From Cyanophora paradoxa CCMP329 (taxonomy: Eukaryota; Plantae; Glaucophyta): a DNA stretch of 64,000 nucleotides. The translations under genes were made by a program, and so were the position numbers. How positions within the stretch are numbered: position 1 is the first letter of the stretch; each line of letters opens with the position of its first letter. Positions 25,264 through 39,589 of the stretch are shown here, piece by piece. The stretch lies in contig QPMI01000671.1 of NCBI GenBank assembly GCA_004431415.1, positions 111,172-175,171 of the forward strand. Direction: 5' to 3'. Under the pieces are notes generated by a model that saw only the letters and a program-made list of their open reading frames with translations, searched no databases and was not told the origin of the DNA.

Positions 25264-25775
25264 ATGGACGAGCTGTCCCCTTTCAAGGCGGGCTGCGTCG
25301 TAAACGCAGCGTTCTGTATAGCGAACGCGCGGTCACTGGCGAGCATTATTCGGTACAAGCTGCGTCAGCGGGACCATCTCGCGGTTGTGAAGGCTGAAAT
25401 CGAGACGACCAAGCGAGATATGGCGCGCATCTTCGACACGGTGCGGTCGGGGACCAGCATCGATCAGATTATGGCCCGAGAAGCCCGTTTGTTGCGGCCG
25501 AACAACCTGATCGTCGTGTGGACGGACAAGGACTTCGACCTGCAAGTGCCGTGAAGTGCGTATACTTACTTCCGCTGTATGCGCCGCGCGCTCTAAACAG
25601 CCCAGCAGCATCGTTCACTCGAAAATCAGAACTGCCCACCGTGCACGATGCGCGCAGCTCTCCCGATGATCAGGACCCCCTTGCGACAGTGAGCGCGCTG
25701 TCCCCCGATTCGCTGTCAGGCGACGGTGAGCAAGCACCTATCGTGCAGCTCTCCCGCTCAACTCAGGGCTCATAG
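25264..25775 (+). CDS. Possible short hypothetical gene or gene fragment
   Basis: Coding-like stretch KLRQRDHLAVVKAEIETTKRDMARIFDTVRSGTSIDQIMAREARLLRPNNLIV; no family recognised; exon structure uncertain. Confidence 0.3.
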
Positions 25776-25808
25776 TAGCAGCATGCATTTGATGTTCGCT
25801 ACCTGTTC

Positions 25809-26029
25809 CTGCATTTGGACACGAATTCAAACCGCAAGTCCGGGCTACAAGTGTGGGAATGTACACTGCGGCCGCCGCGACCGCGGGCCCAGCCCACCAG
25901 CAAGCTCGGTCCGGCCAGGCAGGAAGGGGGTTGCCCCCCTCGAGCTCCCCGGCAGGACCGTATGCAGTGTACATCCCAGCCTTGTAGCCCAGATATTACG
26001 TTCTGATTCGAATTCGTGTCCAAATGCTG
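25809..26029. mobile_element. MITE-like member of repeat family A with long imperfect terminal inverted repeats
   Basis: Left GCATTTGGACACGAATT...GGGCTACAAG...TGTACACTGC; right GCAGTGTACA...CTTGTAGCCC...AATTCGTGTCCAAATGCTG; no clear TSD. Confidence 0.8.
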
Positions 26030-26076
26030 GCCGTGCATGCAGAGTCATTCACACATAACGAGATGTTTACTTCTAC

Positions 26077-27386
26077 TTAACGCTTCTGCTTCTTTTTGAA
26101 GAATCCCTTCCGCCTGCCCGCCATGTTCCGCTGTTGGATGCCGACGTGTTTCCGCTTTGCGTAATTCTTGAGGCGTTCATCACCAAGGAGCTCATCCGCA
26201 AGCGTTTCCTTGGTCTCCCTCTTCGACATGCGGCCAGAGTAGAATTCGGCAGCACCAGCTACTACACGTCCAACCTGCAGCAAGCCTGAATCCGCAAAAA
26301 ACGAAGCCTTATCAGGAAGCTCACCTGGAAAACCTTTGGCCGACCTTTCCAGTCGAGAGCCTTGTAATGCCTCTTGGGATCAAGTACGCTTCTGTTTTGA
26401 AGTAGGCGCAAATCTCGCTCGAGCTCTTCCGTCATAAGTGTGCTACGCATGTTGAACCACCCCTTGCCTGTCGACTCTCCAATCTGGTGTAGAGAGAGGG
26501 CGCTAAGATATCGAGGGAATACGAGACAGTTGTTCGCACCTGCTTGCGTTCTTCCATGCGAATCTTCCTTGTATCCAGAGGCGCAACTCCTGTTGCTTTC
26601 TCAGCATCGATTGCCTGCTCCCTCACGGCTCTCTTTTCCGGGGGGAGATCTGCGCACGTGTTCAATTTTCTAGCAAGCCTTAGAGCAATATGGAGCTCAC
26701 TGGCAGAGAAGCTGGCAGATGGCGGATTTGGTTGAGGGGGCCCCTGGGCATCCGAAGACCTTGCATTCATGGGACCCTTGTGCTTCGAAACAAGGGCCGA
26801 GAAGTAGAGATCGCTTTCGCTGTAGCCACTGTCTAACGCCATTGAACGCGGGGTGGGCTTCTTGGGACGGGTGCCGCTCGCTTCCTTATCTTTGGCCGAG
26901 CTGCTCAGTCCGGAGACTTTGATGCTGCGACGTGCAGCGGTCAGATTTCGCATCCGGCGGGGCTGCGCGGCCAGACGCACACATCCTCGCCGTCTACGAA
27001 CGCGTCCTTGGCCTTGGGCGGACCGGCATTTTCACGCGCCGCGCTCTTGCGGAGCGCCTCGCTGGCCGGCGTTAGCTACGTTAGCTGCTCTGCTGGGGCG
27101 GGCACGTACGCATTAGCCTCGTCGCCTTCGGGAACGGGCTGCAATGCGGCTGCGTCCTTCGCATCTGCCTTCTTCTTCTTGGCAGAGGACGCGCGATCGC
27201 GGGTCACGCCCGAGGCCCGCAGCTTCGCGGCCTGGGCGGAAGCCTCGCGCGCGGACTAGAGTTGCGTGAGAAGAGCGCGCGCGCAGTCGGTGCGGGCCCG
27301 CGCACCGACTCGCTGCCCGCGTCGCTCTCCGCGTCACTTTGCTGCTGCCCGCTCGACGCCGCCCGCCGCCTCGTTGTCACGCCCAT
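26077..27386 (-). CDS. FCF2: rRNA-processing protein Fcf2 / DNTTIP2
   Basis: GKGWFNMRSTLMTEELERDLRLLQNRSVLDPKRHYKALD...PKVFQ-VGRVVAGAAEFYSGRMSKRETKETLADELL; Lys-rich C-terminus. Confidence 0.93.
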
Positions 27387-27571
27387 TCGGTTATCGGTCA
27401 ATCAATCGCCAGCTGCTGCTCCGAGCTCGGCGCCCCGCCGCGTAGAAAGGGTTCCGCCGGGAGTCGAGCTGTGGCACTCTGGCTCCTTTTGAATCAAATT
27501 TGATCCATCATAGACAGTGCAGCTTCAGTGCAGCGGCTCAGTGCAGCTTCTCGCGAGGAGGTGCGTTATCT

Positions 27572-27742
27572 GTTATTCTGCTTCGAAACATGCGATGCGC
27601 GCCTCCCAAGTTCTGACTGACGCGAATCCCACGCAGGATCGTGAAGGTCCGCCGTCCGCTGCGTGTGCCGCCCACGCGAACATGTCGCGCATCGCGCGCA
27701 TTGACGAACCTTTGCGCGCAGGCACGAACTGAGGGAACCGGG
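27572..27742 (+). repeat. Diverged copy of NUP50 intron1-microexon-intron2 segment (about 18580-18752) in the FCF2/APC4 promoter interval
   Basis: ctgcttcgaaacatgcgatgcgc...caggatcgtgaaggtccgccgtccg...cattgacgaacctttgcgc...tgagggaac at both sites. Confidence 0.9.
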
Positions 27743-27820
27743 TGCTACAGCTTTGATCCATCAGTGCAAGCTCGAGGCGCGACTGGGTCGCCGCCAGCTC
27801 TGGCTTGGTCGCCACTAGCG

Positions 27821-30800
27821 ATGGCGGATAGCTTCCGCATCCTGCTGGATCGGGACGGTCCGACGCGCACAGAGGAGCCGCCCGTGATGGCTTGGTGCCC
27901 CACGATGGACCTCATCGCAATGTCCCTGCCCGCGACGCGCAATGTCGTCGTGCACCGGCTCTCCTGGCAGCGCTTGTTCGTGATCCAACACAAGGCGGAC
28001 GTTTGCGCGATCAGCTGGCGACCCGATGGTGCGATTGGGGCGACGTGTGCGCCTTGTCCGGCCCCTGAGCGCGTCGCAGGCCGTGCGCTCGCGGTGGGCC
28101 TCAGCAGCGGGATGGTGTACGTGTACGACGTCGAGAACGGCGCGCCGCTGGCTAGCTTCGCGTCACACAGCACGGCGCTTCGGTGCATGCGCTGGGCCGG
28201 GGAGGACTGCCTGGTACGTGGGGCGTTGCTCGCGCAGCGGCATCTTCTCAAGCACGCACAGGCCGATCTCGAAGATGCATCGGACGATGATATGCCCGTA
28301 CGCGCGCCTGCCCTGCGCTTCAGAAGGGATCGAGTGCCGCGCAGGTCGAGTACGCGGACCAGACGTCGCGCTTCATTCCATCAATTGGGCACCTCGTAAA
28401 ACAGCCCAGGTGTGTGCATGAAATCCTTGGAGCAATCCGACCTCTTGAGCTCTCGCTTGCAGTGGAAAGCCAGATCCTTTTGTGCCAAAGCTCCCTCTTC
28501 CAACAATTGGAGGGACCATGATCTCTTCGGACAAAGCGCCTACCATCGGTTCATTGCTCAATCTGCTCGTGTCTATCGACAAAAGTGGAACCGCTTGCCT
28601 CAGGTGAGCTGAATCTGAGCTTCATCGCTTACTCTTGCATTCAACCTCCGTGCCTTGCAGTGCCAGTGGTGTCATGCCTGTCGCGCGTCTTGATCTTGGA
28701 ATGCTGGCTGGAATTGAAAAGCCACGGATTCTTCATATCTCTATGTCGTTGGATCTGCACCGCTTGACTGCTGTGCTTGAGAGGGATGTTGTGGACGCTC
28801 TACCCAGTCCCTCTGGCTCGAGACCTGGCCACATTGCGGTCTGCTGCACAGTTCAAGCAGCATTCTATACTGGAACTTAACTGCGCAATCTCGTGGCAGG
28901 AATTGCGTCTTGTCGTGGTTGGAACGGATCTCATCTGGAAACGCCGTCGAGAGATTCAGAAAATTGCCTCTCTGGCACAGAACATCGCTCAACTGCTCAC
29001 TCTTCTTCACTCTGCTGTGGCAGCAGCAGCTGAACAGTGGAAGCAGTCGACGGAGCAGCTTCATATGAAGATGGACAGTCTTCTCTCCGTTATCCGAGAA
29101 GGTGTTTAATCGACTGGAAATCTATTGCTGAATTCTTACTCGAGTACATATCAGAGCATAAGCTGAATTCCAGCGTCCCTGAGGAGCTCCTTGGACTGAT
29201 CGCAACCGGAATCCCCAGCCCACCTCTGCGGGACTTTCTAACACAACAGATGTCAGAGCAAGTACGTATGCACCCCCTGGCTTTCCTGTCGAAATTCTCA
29301 TTTTAATTTATCCAGAGACTGAAAATGATGGAGAAGAAGATGGATGCAGGAATGAAGGCCGTTCAAGAGCTGTTGTTGCAGAACATTCGCCCTGCATCGG
29401 AGTGCCTGGCATACCGGCTCGCAGAATTGAACGGTCTATCTTTGTGGTGCGATTCCCTCGTAGGCCTTGTGAGCAGTGAGCACGCAATGATCAGTTCGTG
29501 CAGGAAGTCCCGATTTGACAACATTGGCATTGACAGCTCGGCAGTCGGGCGCTTGTCTGCTGTTGCAAAAGAATTGGTTTTTCGCGTAGAGACAGCGCTT
29601 CACGCCTTCATTGAGACACGATCAAATATCCGGACATTCTTCACGTGGATTTGCAGAGGTGTTTCAAATCATGTTCTCTTTTTCATCTCTCTAAGTATTA
29701 CGCAGTCGCCAGCCTGGTTGCAGAAGATGGTGCTGTGCGGAATCTCGGGTCTGGCAAGGGCACTCCGACTGCGGCAGACGTTGCTCAAGTCGTGAATTTC
29801 CTCGAGAATGGGTTTATGTCGCATGATCCTTTTGCCGATAGCTTCCGCACATCAGGAAACCTGTCTGCGTTTTCTCCAACCAAAGCCGGAGGTGTGTTGC
29901 ATTCACTGTGGTTGTCAGAGTGTATGTGTCGAGCAATGGTTTTTTTTTGGCAGGTCAGCCGTTCAACAGCCCGCCAAAGGCTGTGGGGGCCGCAGCTGGA
30001 TTTCGATCGCCAGCGTCTTCAAACAGTGTTGGGTCTTTGCCAGTCTCCCAGTGTGCAAACCTATCCCAGGCATTACAGTCTTTGATTACGCAATGGGAGA
30101 TATTCTGCCGCCAGCCCTCCGAGGTTTGTAGACATTCGATGCGTTCAATCAGTTTCTCACATTCCCACAGGCAATATCTCGCTCATGTTCCCTCTTGGCA
30201 AACGTTCTTCTTGTAACTGAAGCAGTCTACGGTGATCACCCCTCACACCAAGTTTGTGCAGCCTCTCTTACGAAGTTGCTTCAGACAAATTGAAAGAAGT
30301 CCCGACGTCCAAAAATGCAAGTGATATGGGGACCGTTGGCTCTCCTGGGCGACCGAAACGGCAGGGGACTGCCTCTGGCTCTGATGCGGATGGTCAGCCT
30401 TCAATGATCTGGAGACCGCAGAGCTTGGCACTTCATGTGTCTTCGCCCAAAGATGCAGATGTGATGATCTATGGTTTGTTTTCCTGTGCACCAGCTGAAG
30501 TAGCAGCAGGACCACACACCTCTGCAGTACGTTGCATTCTCGAGACAGAAGGAGCCAGGAAGCCAACAAATACATGTGCTTCGGTTCCCATCTCGGGGTG
30601 GAGTTCAAATCGAAGGAACATCTGTGTCTATGTCTCAGGACATCACTCAAGTGGAGTTTTACAATGAACGACAACTGGCTGTGCTGCTTGGTGATGGCTT
30701 CGCTCTTTCCCCAGATTGAAATAGCTCTGAATTCTTTGCAGGTGCCAGTGATGGCCACACCCTTGGGCTGATTGATTTCGAGGACCTCCCATATGTGTGT

Positions 30801-31126
30801 GATCTGCTTCTGACTTCATTGCAAGTGTTGTGAGGGTTCTGCAGGCTTTCGTGTGGGACACAGCATCACAAGGAACCGCATCAGTCTCTGATCGGTTGGA
30901 TGCTCTGGGTTCTGAGCAGGTTTGCATTGTAACTTTTTGCCTAATTGCACTTCTCATGAGTATATACCAGGATCTATCTCTCTCGAAAAGGAGGCTTTTC
31001 CCGCACTCAAACCTCCAACAAATGGCACTCAGTGGCAGTCGAGGAGTGGCGTGCTTGTTGGCAATGCCACGCAGGCTCCTTGTACTTGACCTCGAGGATG
31101 ATGAGGCTGCAGAACTCCTCCCCTAG
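27821..31126 (+). CDS. APC4: Anaphase-promoting complex subunit 4
   Basis: MAWCPTMDLIA...VVHRLSWQRLF...ISWRPDG-RALAVG...VYDVENG; ELLGLIATGIPSPPLRDFL; C-term SGSRGVACLLAMPRRLLVLDLEDDE. Confidence 0.93.
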
Positions 31127-31404
31127 AAGAGGATTTTAATCTCGATTGTCACGGTGTCCTGTCTGCCTCTCCCGAGAAAGGTAGGGCCGCCTTACAGATG
31201 GGGGTAGTTGGCCCACCGCTGTGGAAGGAGCCTTGAGTAGGCTGGCACTGATCTGTTTATCCCCTGAGGGCCCAGTGGTTTTCCCCGGGCTTCAAACTGT
31301 TTTGTCATTTTTCCAGCATTAGAATATGAACTCGATCACAATGTCCCGCGGCTTGAAGAGTGGGATGCACACTGTCATGATTTTACCAGGGCTTCAAACT
31401 GTCG

Positions 31405-31602
31405 AAATCGTAATCGCAGATCAAGGACGTCCAAAGCTAAGTCATCCAACCCCTAATATTAATATTTAATCGTAATCATAGATCAAGGACGTCCTAATCA
31501 TTGAATCGTAATCGCATGCACGGCGTTGCAATTGAACCCTAATCGTAATCACAGATCAGGCTTAATTTTTTATAAGGACGTCCTAATCGTAATCGCAGAT
31601 CA
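31405..31602 (+). repeat. Degenerate tandem array of an about 33-bp unit AACCCTAATCGTAATCGCAGATCAAGGACGTCC
   Basis: About five imperfect units; related units at 24283-24345, 39966-40010 and 40558-40590, and inverted near 39510-39540. Confidence 0.8.
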
Positions 31603-31653
31603 GCACCCACCCACGTATATATATATATACATACGTATATACGTATATACGGA

Positions 31654-31754
31654 ACCCATCAGCCCTCACAGCCCCACTGGGCGCGCGCCGGCCATCGGGA
31701 TATGACCCATCTATATATATCTATGAGTCCACCTGACTCAGTGAAGGGGTAATT
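31654..31754 (-). repeat. Inverted copy of a LURP-one exon/intron junction (3876-3940) carrying three palindromic insertions
   Basis: acccatcagccctcacagcccca[18 nt]tcgggatatga.ccatctat[10 nt]gagtccacctga[8 nt]aggggtaatt. Confidence 0.88.
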
Positions 31755-31773
31755 CGGACACGCGTTTCCATTT

Positions 31774-31960
31774 CAGCATTTGGACACGAACTAAATAGCA
31801 AGGTCTGGGCTGCAAGTGTGGGATGTACAGTCACTGAGTATACGTACTAGCACGTGCGGCCACTGTGGCTGCGGGCCCGGCCCATCCCACTAGTACTGGG
31901 CCACTGCGGCCGAGCTCACTGAGTCACGCTCCAGCTCGGCCAGCCGGGCCCTGCGTTGCC
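31774..31960 (+). mobile_element. Repeat family A, degenerate copy
   Basis: CAGCATTTGGACACGAA...GGGCTGCAAGTGTGGGATGTACA...GGCCAGCCGGGCCCTGCGT. Confidence 0.8.
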
Positions 31961-32157
31961 CCGTACAGTATTACTAAGTTAATATCTAGCTAAAGCTGCA
32001 GGTGCCAAGGTGCCCGCACATGTACAGAGGATGCGGCATGGCTAGCTCCCGTTGCATTATGGACCAACTATAAGAAGGTTCAAGACTGGTTCCGCCATCA
32101 ATTCCCTGAACCAAGGATTGCTGCCCCTTCAAAATGCAGCTATACATATGAGAGGGA

Positions 32158-32699
32158 CTACGACGACTTCCAAACCAAGAATCCCTGCTGGCCAAGATAA
32201 AAGTATGTGAAATGTTTCAACTCATGACTGACAAAGGCACCGAAGCACCGCCCTGTGCGGCGTAACCGTCGTCAGCTTCGTGATGCAAGTGCAGTGCCCT
32301 ACTGAAATGAAAGAGTTGCTGGATTTCGCACCTGTTACGCAATGCCATGTTTGGCCAGGCTTTGCGATCGCCTGCTTCACGTGCATGGCCATCTCCCGGT
32401 CATTACTACAGACGTTGAGGGCCTCGTTTGCGTGCTTGACTACTTCTTCCAGTAGCTCGTCGGGCATATCGGAGACCTGCGTATGCGGCACGCGGTGAGC
32501 CGCTGAGCAGAGGCAGGGTGGCGCTCTTCGCCGAGCTAACCTTCACGACCGGTCTCAGCGGGCCGCCTGCACGTTGGCGCGGAGCGTAAGCGACTTCAAG
32601 AAACGTGGACCGCTAAGCAGCACGCAATCGCACTATTAGCTAAGCAACGCGTCTTTTCAGACGCGCCGCTTAGCTAAGCGAGGGTCACGCACTGTTCAT
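32158..32699 (-). CDS. Dynein light chain type 1 (LC8-family) protein
   Basis: [24 protein letters not shown]...EMAMHVKQ...[37 protein letters not shown]; start exon tentative. Confidence 0.88.
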
Positions 32700-32951
32700 C
32701 TCTGTGCTTTCCTGAGACCAACACTGATGCGCCTCAAGGGACAGGGTGGGCGGGAAAATGCGGTATCTATGCGCTTCGGCTGTAGTCTGTGAGTCGCGAC
32801 CCGATGCGCTGTAGCTTTGCACCTGGCTACCGGCGTTTTGTTTTTGTTCTAAAAAAGAGACGACGACGGTACCCTCGTCTTAAAGAGAGTCTAAGAGACG
32901 ACGCGGCTCTGAGGCGCCTTCGCTTAAGGGGCGCCTGCCACAGCCAGCCGG

Positions 32952-33691
32952 ATGGAGCGTGTGGCCTTTGTCCCTGCAGTCCCCGTTCTCCCGTGCGTGT
33001 CCCGACTCTTCGCTCGCAGACGCCCAGCTTGGGCGATCATGCAGCCACGCGCAGGAGGATAAAGCCGGGGAAATCGTTGATCTTCCTGCCACCGATCTCG
33101 CTCCCCGCGCGCGGCGCCGCACGCGGCCACCGGTCCTTCCACCGAGGAAGGACCGCCGTGGCCACGGTGGTGATCCGTGCCGGTCGAGAAGACGAGGAGG
33201 AAATTCAAGACCTGAATCCGAGGTCAGAGCTTAAGAGGTCCAACCTAAGCTTCCCGCCCAAACCTCAAAACGCAGTCGAAGTCCCACCCCGGCCCCAGGC
33301 TAACAGCATAAGAAACGCACACTCACTCTCCGCCCCCATGCGCAGAAACCCTGAAACACCGGACGAAGTGGATTTCGTGCCGTTCAACACAAGATATTAC
33401 TCAAGAGAGGAGTTGAACGCCCTGCTACGCGTCGACATGCGCCAGTCGCTGCAGAAGGCTTTCGATGCCAGTAACGCCCGGGGGATCTGCAGCTGTGACC
33501 GGTGCAGGGGGGCCGGCTCCGTAACCTGCGAAAGCTGTTTCGGAAGAGGCTACAGTACGTCGTCAAAGGATGGTCTTTGTCCAAGATGCAGCCCCAACCA
33601 AGATGGTCCGTCGAATCCTGCTGCCGCGCCGCCAGGCCGCATGGTTTGCGTGACATGTTCGGGTACGGGGCTCCATCCCGAGTTCGTGTGA
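32952..33691 (+). CDS. Plastid-targeted DnaJ-type zinc-finger (CxxCxGxG) protein
   Basis: MERVAFVPAVPVLP transit-peptide start, one intron, then CDRCRGAG, CESCFGRG, CPRC and CVTCSGTG. Confidence 0.78.
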
Positions 33692-33811
33692 GCCCTCAGG
33701 GCTCACGGCGGTTTTCCCCGGGTTCCAGCGCGTAGTCTAGCTAGCTACGCGTGGTTCGTCCGCTTGTACAGCATGTACTTGTACAGCCACGCCTGTTTTG
33801 TACTTTAATCT

Positions 33812-34305
33812 CAGCATGTGGACACGTACTAAAAACGCAAGTCCGGGCTACAGTGTGGGATGTACACTGCGGCCGCCGCGACCGCGGGCGCCCGGCCCAG
33901 CCCACCAGCAAGCTGGCCAGCCGGGCCCCAAGCCCTGCGTGGCTCCCTAAGCTTAAGGAGAGTAATGCGCCTCCCGAGTCCCCGCGGACACTCTAGCTAG
34001 CTAACTTAGTAAATTTTAAATAGCTACATGTGCCTGCACGGCGGGTGCGGCATCGCGTCTTGTGGCGGCGAGGGTCGTCTCGGGGCAGTGGCGGGACTCC
34101 GGGAGCCCCTACGGGCCTAAGCGGGCCGCCGGGCCCGACATGGCGTCATGATCAGCCTGCGGCGGGGGCGAAAATGGCCCAGGGGGTCCGACGGTCAGAC
34201 TCTGAGAAAGGTCTTGATATCGATATCCACTGGGCAAATCGAATCCAAAGCTTAAGCAAACGGGGGCGCACTGCGGCACTTGATCGACGAGCCTCCCACC
34301 CAGAG
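33812..34305 (+). mobile_element. Repeat family A, longest copy (about 495 bp)
   Basis: Starts CAGCATGTGGACAC, shares internal blocks with the 40275 and 24014 copies, ends GAGCCTCCCACCCAGAG. Confidence 0.85.
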
Positions 34306-34509
34306 GAGCGCCTGCCGCAGTCCATTTCATCCAACCCAGTTCACCAATCTCGGACCCAAGGGCCTCCCAGACATGCGACTGCTGGCCATGGCCTTGGACA
34401 TGATATCGATGAGATTGGGACACTAACGCAGGCCAAAAAATGCCAGAAAATACACAGAAATTGGAGGCCGCCACGTGGGCACGTGCACTTGCCCACTAAC
34501 TCCTAACAA

Positions 34510-36483
34510 TTAACCGGCACTGTCCATGAGCTCCAACAGATCATCACCACCACTCGAGGCTGCAGAAGGCGAAGATGAGCAGGACACATAAAGGCCTAGG
34601 GACAACAGGCCCGGACCCTTGGCGCCCTTGCTGTCGATGTCCAACGCGCGCATCATGTCATTCAAACCCTTTCGACCCTTCTGGCCATCGATCGACACCT
34701 GGGGCACGGCGGGTCCCACGTCGCCGCCGCTCACGCTCCCTGCCCCACCGCCGCTGCTCCTACGGCTTCATCAGCGGAGGGGGCTTGCAGCTCTTTGAAG
34801 GGCGGGCAAGCAAGGCCGAGACAGTGTCATAGAGCCACGAATAGTTATATGGGATGCGAGGAAATGCGACGAGCGCTCTGGACATGCGCGGCAAAAGTCG
34901 AACCCGATGCCGAAGGCGCCGTCCGAGAAGAGGTTGATTTTGAACGTGGAGGCGTCCGCGGCAGACGGTGCTATGAGGCGCGCCAGGAGGTTGAGCTCCG
35001 CCGTCGCGTCGATGTTCTTCTTGGCCCCCGTCTGCGCTGGCCTCTGCTACGGCTTCAATTCGCAGCTCCTCGTGCAACGCGCGATGCACGCTGGCCACCG
35101 CGCCCGCACACCTGCTCAGAAGAGCCACTCGTTTCGACTTGTTGCTGGTGCGAGCCTCGATCCGGGCGCTCGCGGCTGTACCTGTGGTGGAGAGCCTCGG
35201 CGCGTGGTGTTTGGGGGGGGGGGGGGGGGGGGGAGGGGGGGAGGGGGGGGAGGGGGGGGAGGGGCGGGGGGGCAGGGGCGGATGGAGGGAGGAGGGGAGG
35301 GGGGGCAGGGGCCAATGGTGGGGGAGGGGCGAAGGGGCAGGGGGCGGAGGGAAGGGGAGGGCAAGGCGGGGGCAATGGGAGGAGCAAGGGAGAGGGAGGG
35401 AGGGGAGGTGGGGGAACGGGGGGAAAGGGGGGGGGGGGGGGGGGGGGCACACAGGTTCACTCCAAGCGAGGAGATCTTCGCGCCGTCGAAAGGTAGGCAG
35501 CCGGAGGCGCTCGGGTTGCGGACCGTGGCACGGCGGACCTCCTGCTCCTCGCCGTCGAAGTAACGGACCGTGCCCGGCGGCTCCGCCCCGGGCGGCATGG
35601 GGCCGCCGACAGGCAGCACGACCGTCCCGTCAGGTGCCTGGATGCCGTCCTGAAGGAAGAGCGAGACCTGCGCGGGCGGCGCGTCGGCTGCTAGGCGCTG
35701 GCCTGCAGACAGTCCTTGGGCAGACCTTCACACGCTTGTCCTGGAAGAAGCGGCATGCAGTCTGGCGCACAAGCAGCAGCTCGCCCGCGCTCATGCTGCC
35801 GTACTTCTGCTCGGGACGAGCGCGAGTGAGCGGCCGGCCGCGCAAGCCGGGCGCCCCGCCGAACTCGCCTGGACGGTGAGGAGGTAGACGGCATCCACCA
35901 TATCGGACACGGACGGGTTGTTCGAGACCATCGCCTTCAGCGCGTCCAGGTGGTTCAGGGTGACCTGCAGCAGCTCCCCCGCATGCGACACGGACGCCAG
36001 CTGGTACTTGAAGCCCATAGTCATCAGGTCGTACAGCTGCGCACGAGCCGCGTCGGCCGCAGCGCCGCGGCAGCGCAAGCGGGCCGCTCGCACCTTGTCC
36101 ATGCTGCTCTCGCTGAGACGCATGATGGAGCTATGCGCCAAGCGGTCGAAAATCTGGCGCGCCGACGCGTTGCTGTACATTTCTTGAGGCTTGTACAGTT
36201 CCTCGATGAACTTCTTGTTGTACATCGTCCTGATAACGTCCTCGAGCACTGCAGCGCGGCCGGCGGTCAGCCGCGCAGCGCGCGCAGCTAAACGGACGGC
36301 GAACCCTTGCGGCTCTTCTCGGGAGGAATGGCCTGCGCTCGCAAACGCTGTTCCAATATATACATCATCTCGCCTCCCAGGTTGATCTGCGGCGCGCGGC
36401 GCGTGTTGGTGCCCGCACTTTCGTAGGGTCGGCGCGGCTCAAAGGTGACGCACGATGAGCAGGGGCATCACGTGTAGAGACAT
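34510..36483 (-). CDS. OSCP1: OSCP1/NOR1 family protein (conserved in ciliated eukaryotes)
   Basis: MPLLIV-NLGGEMMYILEQRLRAQAIP...VLEDVIRTMY...IFDRLAHSSIMRLSESSMDK-LYDLMTMGFKYQ...FFQDKRVK-VSLFL; ends GGDDLLELMD. Confidence 0.94.
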
Positions 36484-36876
36484 CGCGCCGGAGTCTTGGC
36501 CGCCACGGGGCGACTCAGAAGACGGGGGAGAATCGATGGGGGGATACGTGGAGACTTGACCCGCCACGTCTCCCGCCACATTAAGGGATCTTCGTCTTCC
36601 CGCGAGATCCCTCGTGCCAGCTTCCACACTCCTGTCAACTTCCACACTCCGGCAAGCGAGGAAACGGCAAGCCGTTTTTGTCCGAGCACTAGCCGGAAAA
36701 TTTGAAAGCGCGATTCACCGGAGAAGACTCGCCCGCTCTGGTAGCCTCTCCGGTTTAAATTTTCGAGGCGGGCTTGTGCCGCGCTGACGCAGCGCGAGCA
36801 GAGACCGATGCAACGGGAGACAGCGGACCGAGAGGCTCCGGCGGCCGGGGAAGCCGGGAGGCATTCCACCACCCGC

Positions 36877-39203
<2,327 letters not shown>

Positions 39204-39589
39204 TTATAACTTGTAATTAGTGGACGCTTGCTCACTGCATCACGGCTGTAGATAATGCTTGCTTGTAGATTGTGAATTTTTGTGCTCCGGCAACAGGCGC
39301 AGTGCTCTTTCTACGCTACGGGCGCGCTGGGCACTCCTACCTACAGCGCTTTAACTGTACCCGTGCTGTTAGGGATAGAGCGTAACCCGCAGGGACTGGT
39401 GCCCTGATGGAGGAAAGGGGATGGGAGCCTATAGCTAGCTACGAGCCGAGCAGGCGCTTCGCGTCCACGCCCGTGCAGTAGCGGATGGAGATGCTCCTGC
39501 GAGAGGTCTGTGCGATCAGTACGATTACGATTGCGATCGGGCGGCGCTGGGAGGGCGAGCCCGCCCTAGGCCTAGACGGAAAATTACGC

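Noticed and set aside
31405-31602. CRISPR array or true telomere
   Set aside because: Units are degenerate, lack regular unique spacers and cas genes, and contain only single CCCTAA hexamers at an internal position.
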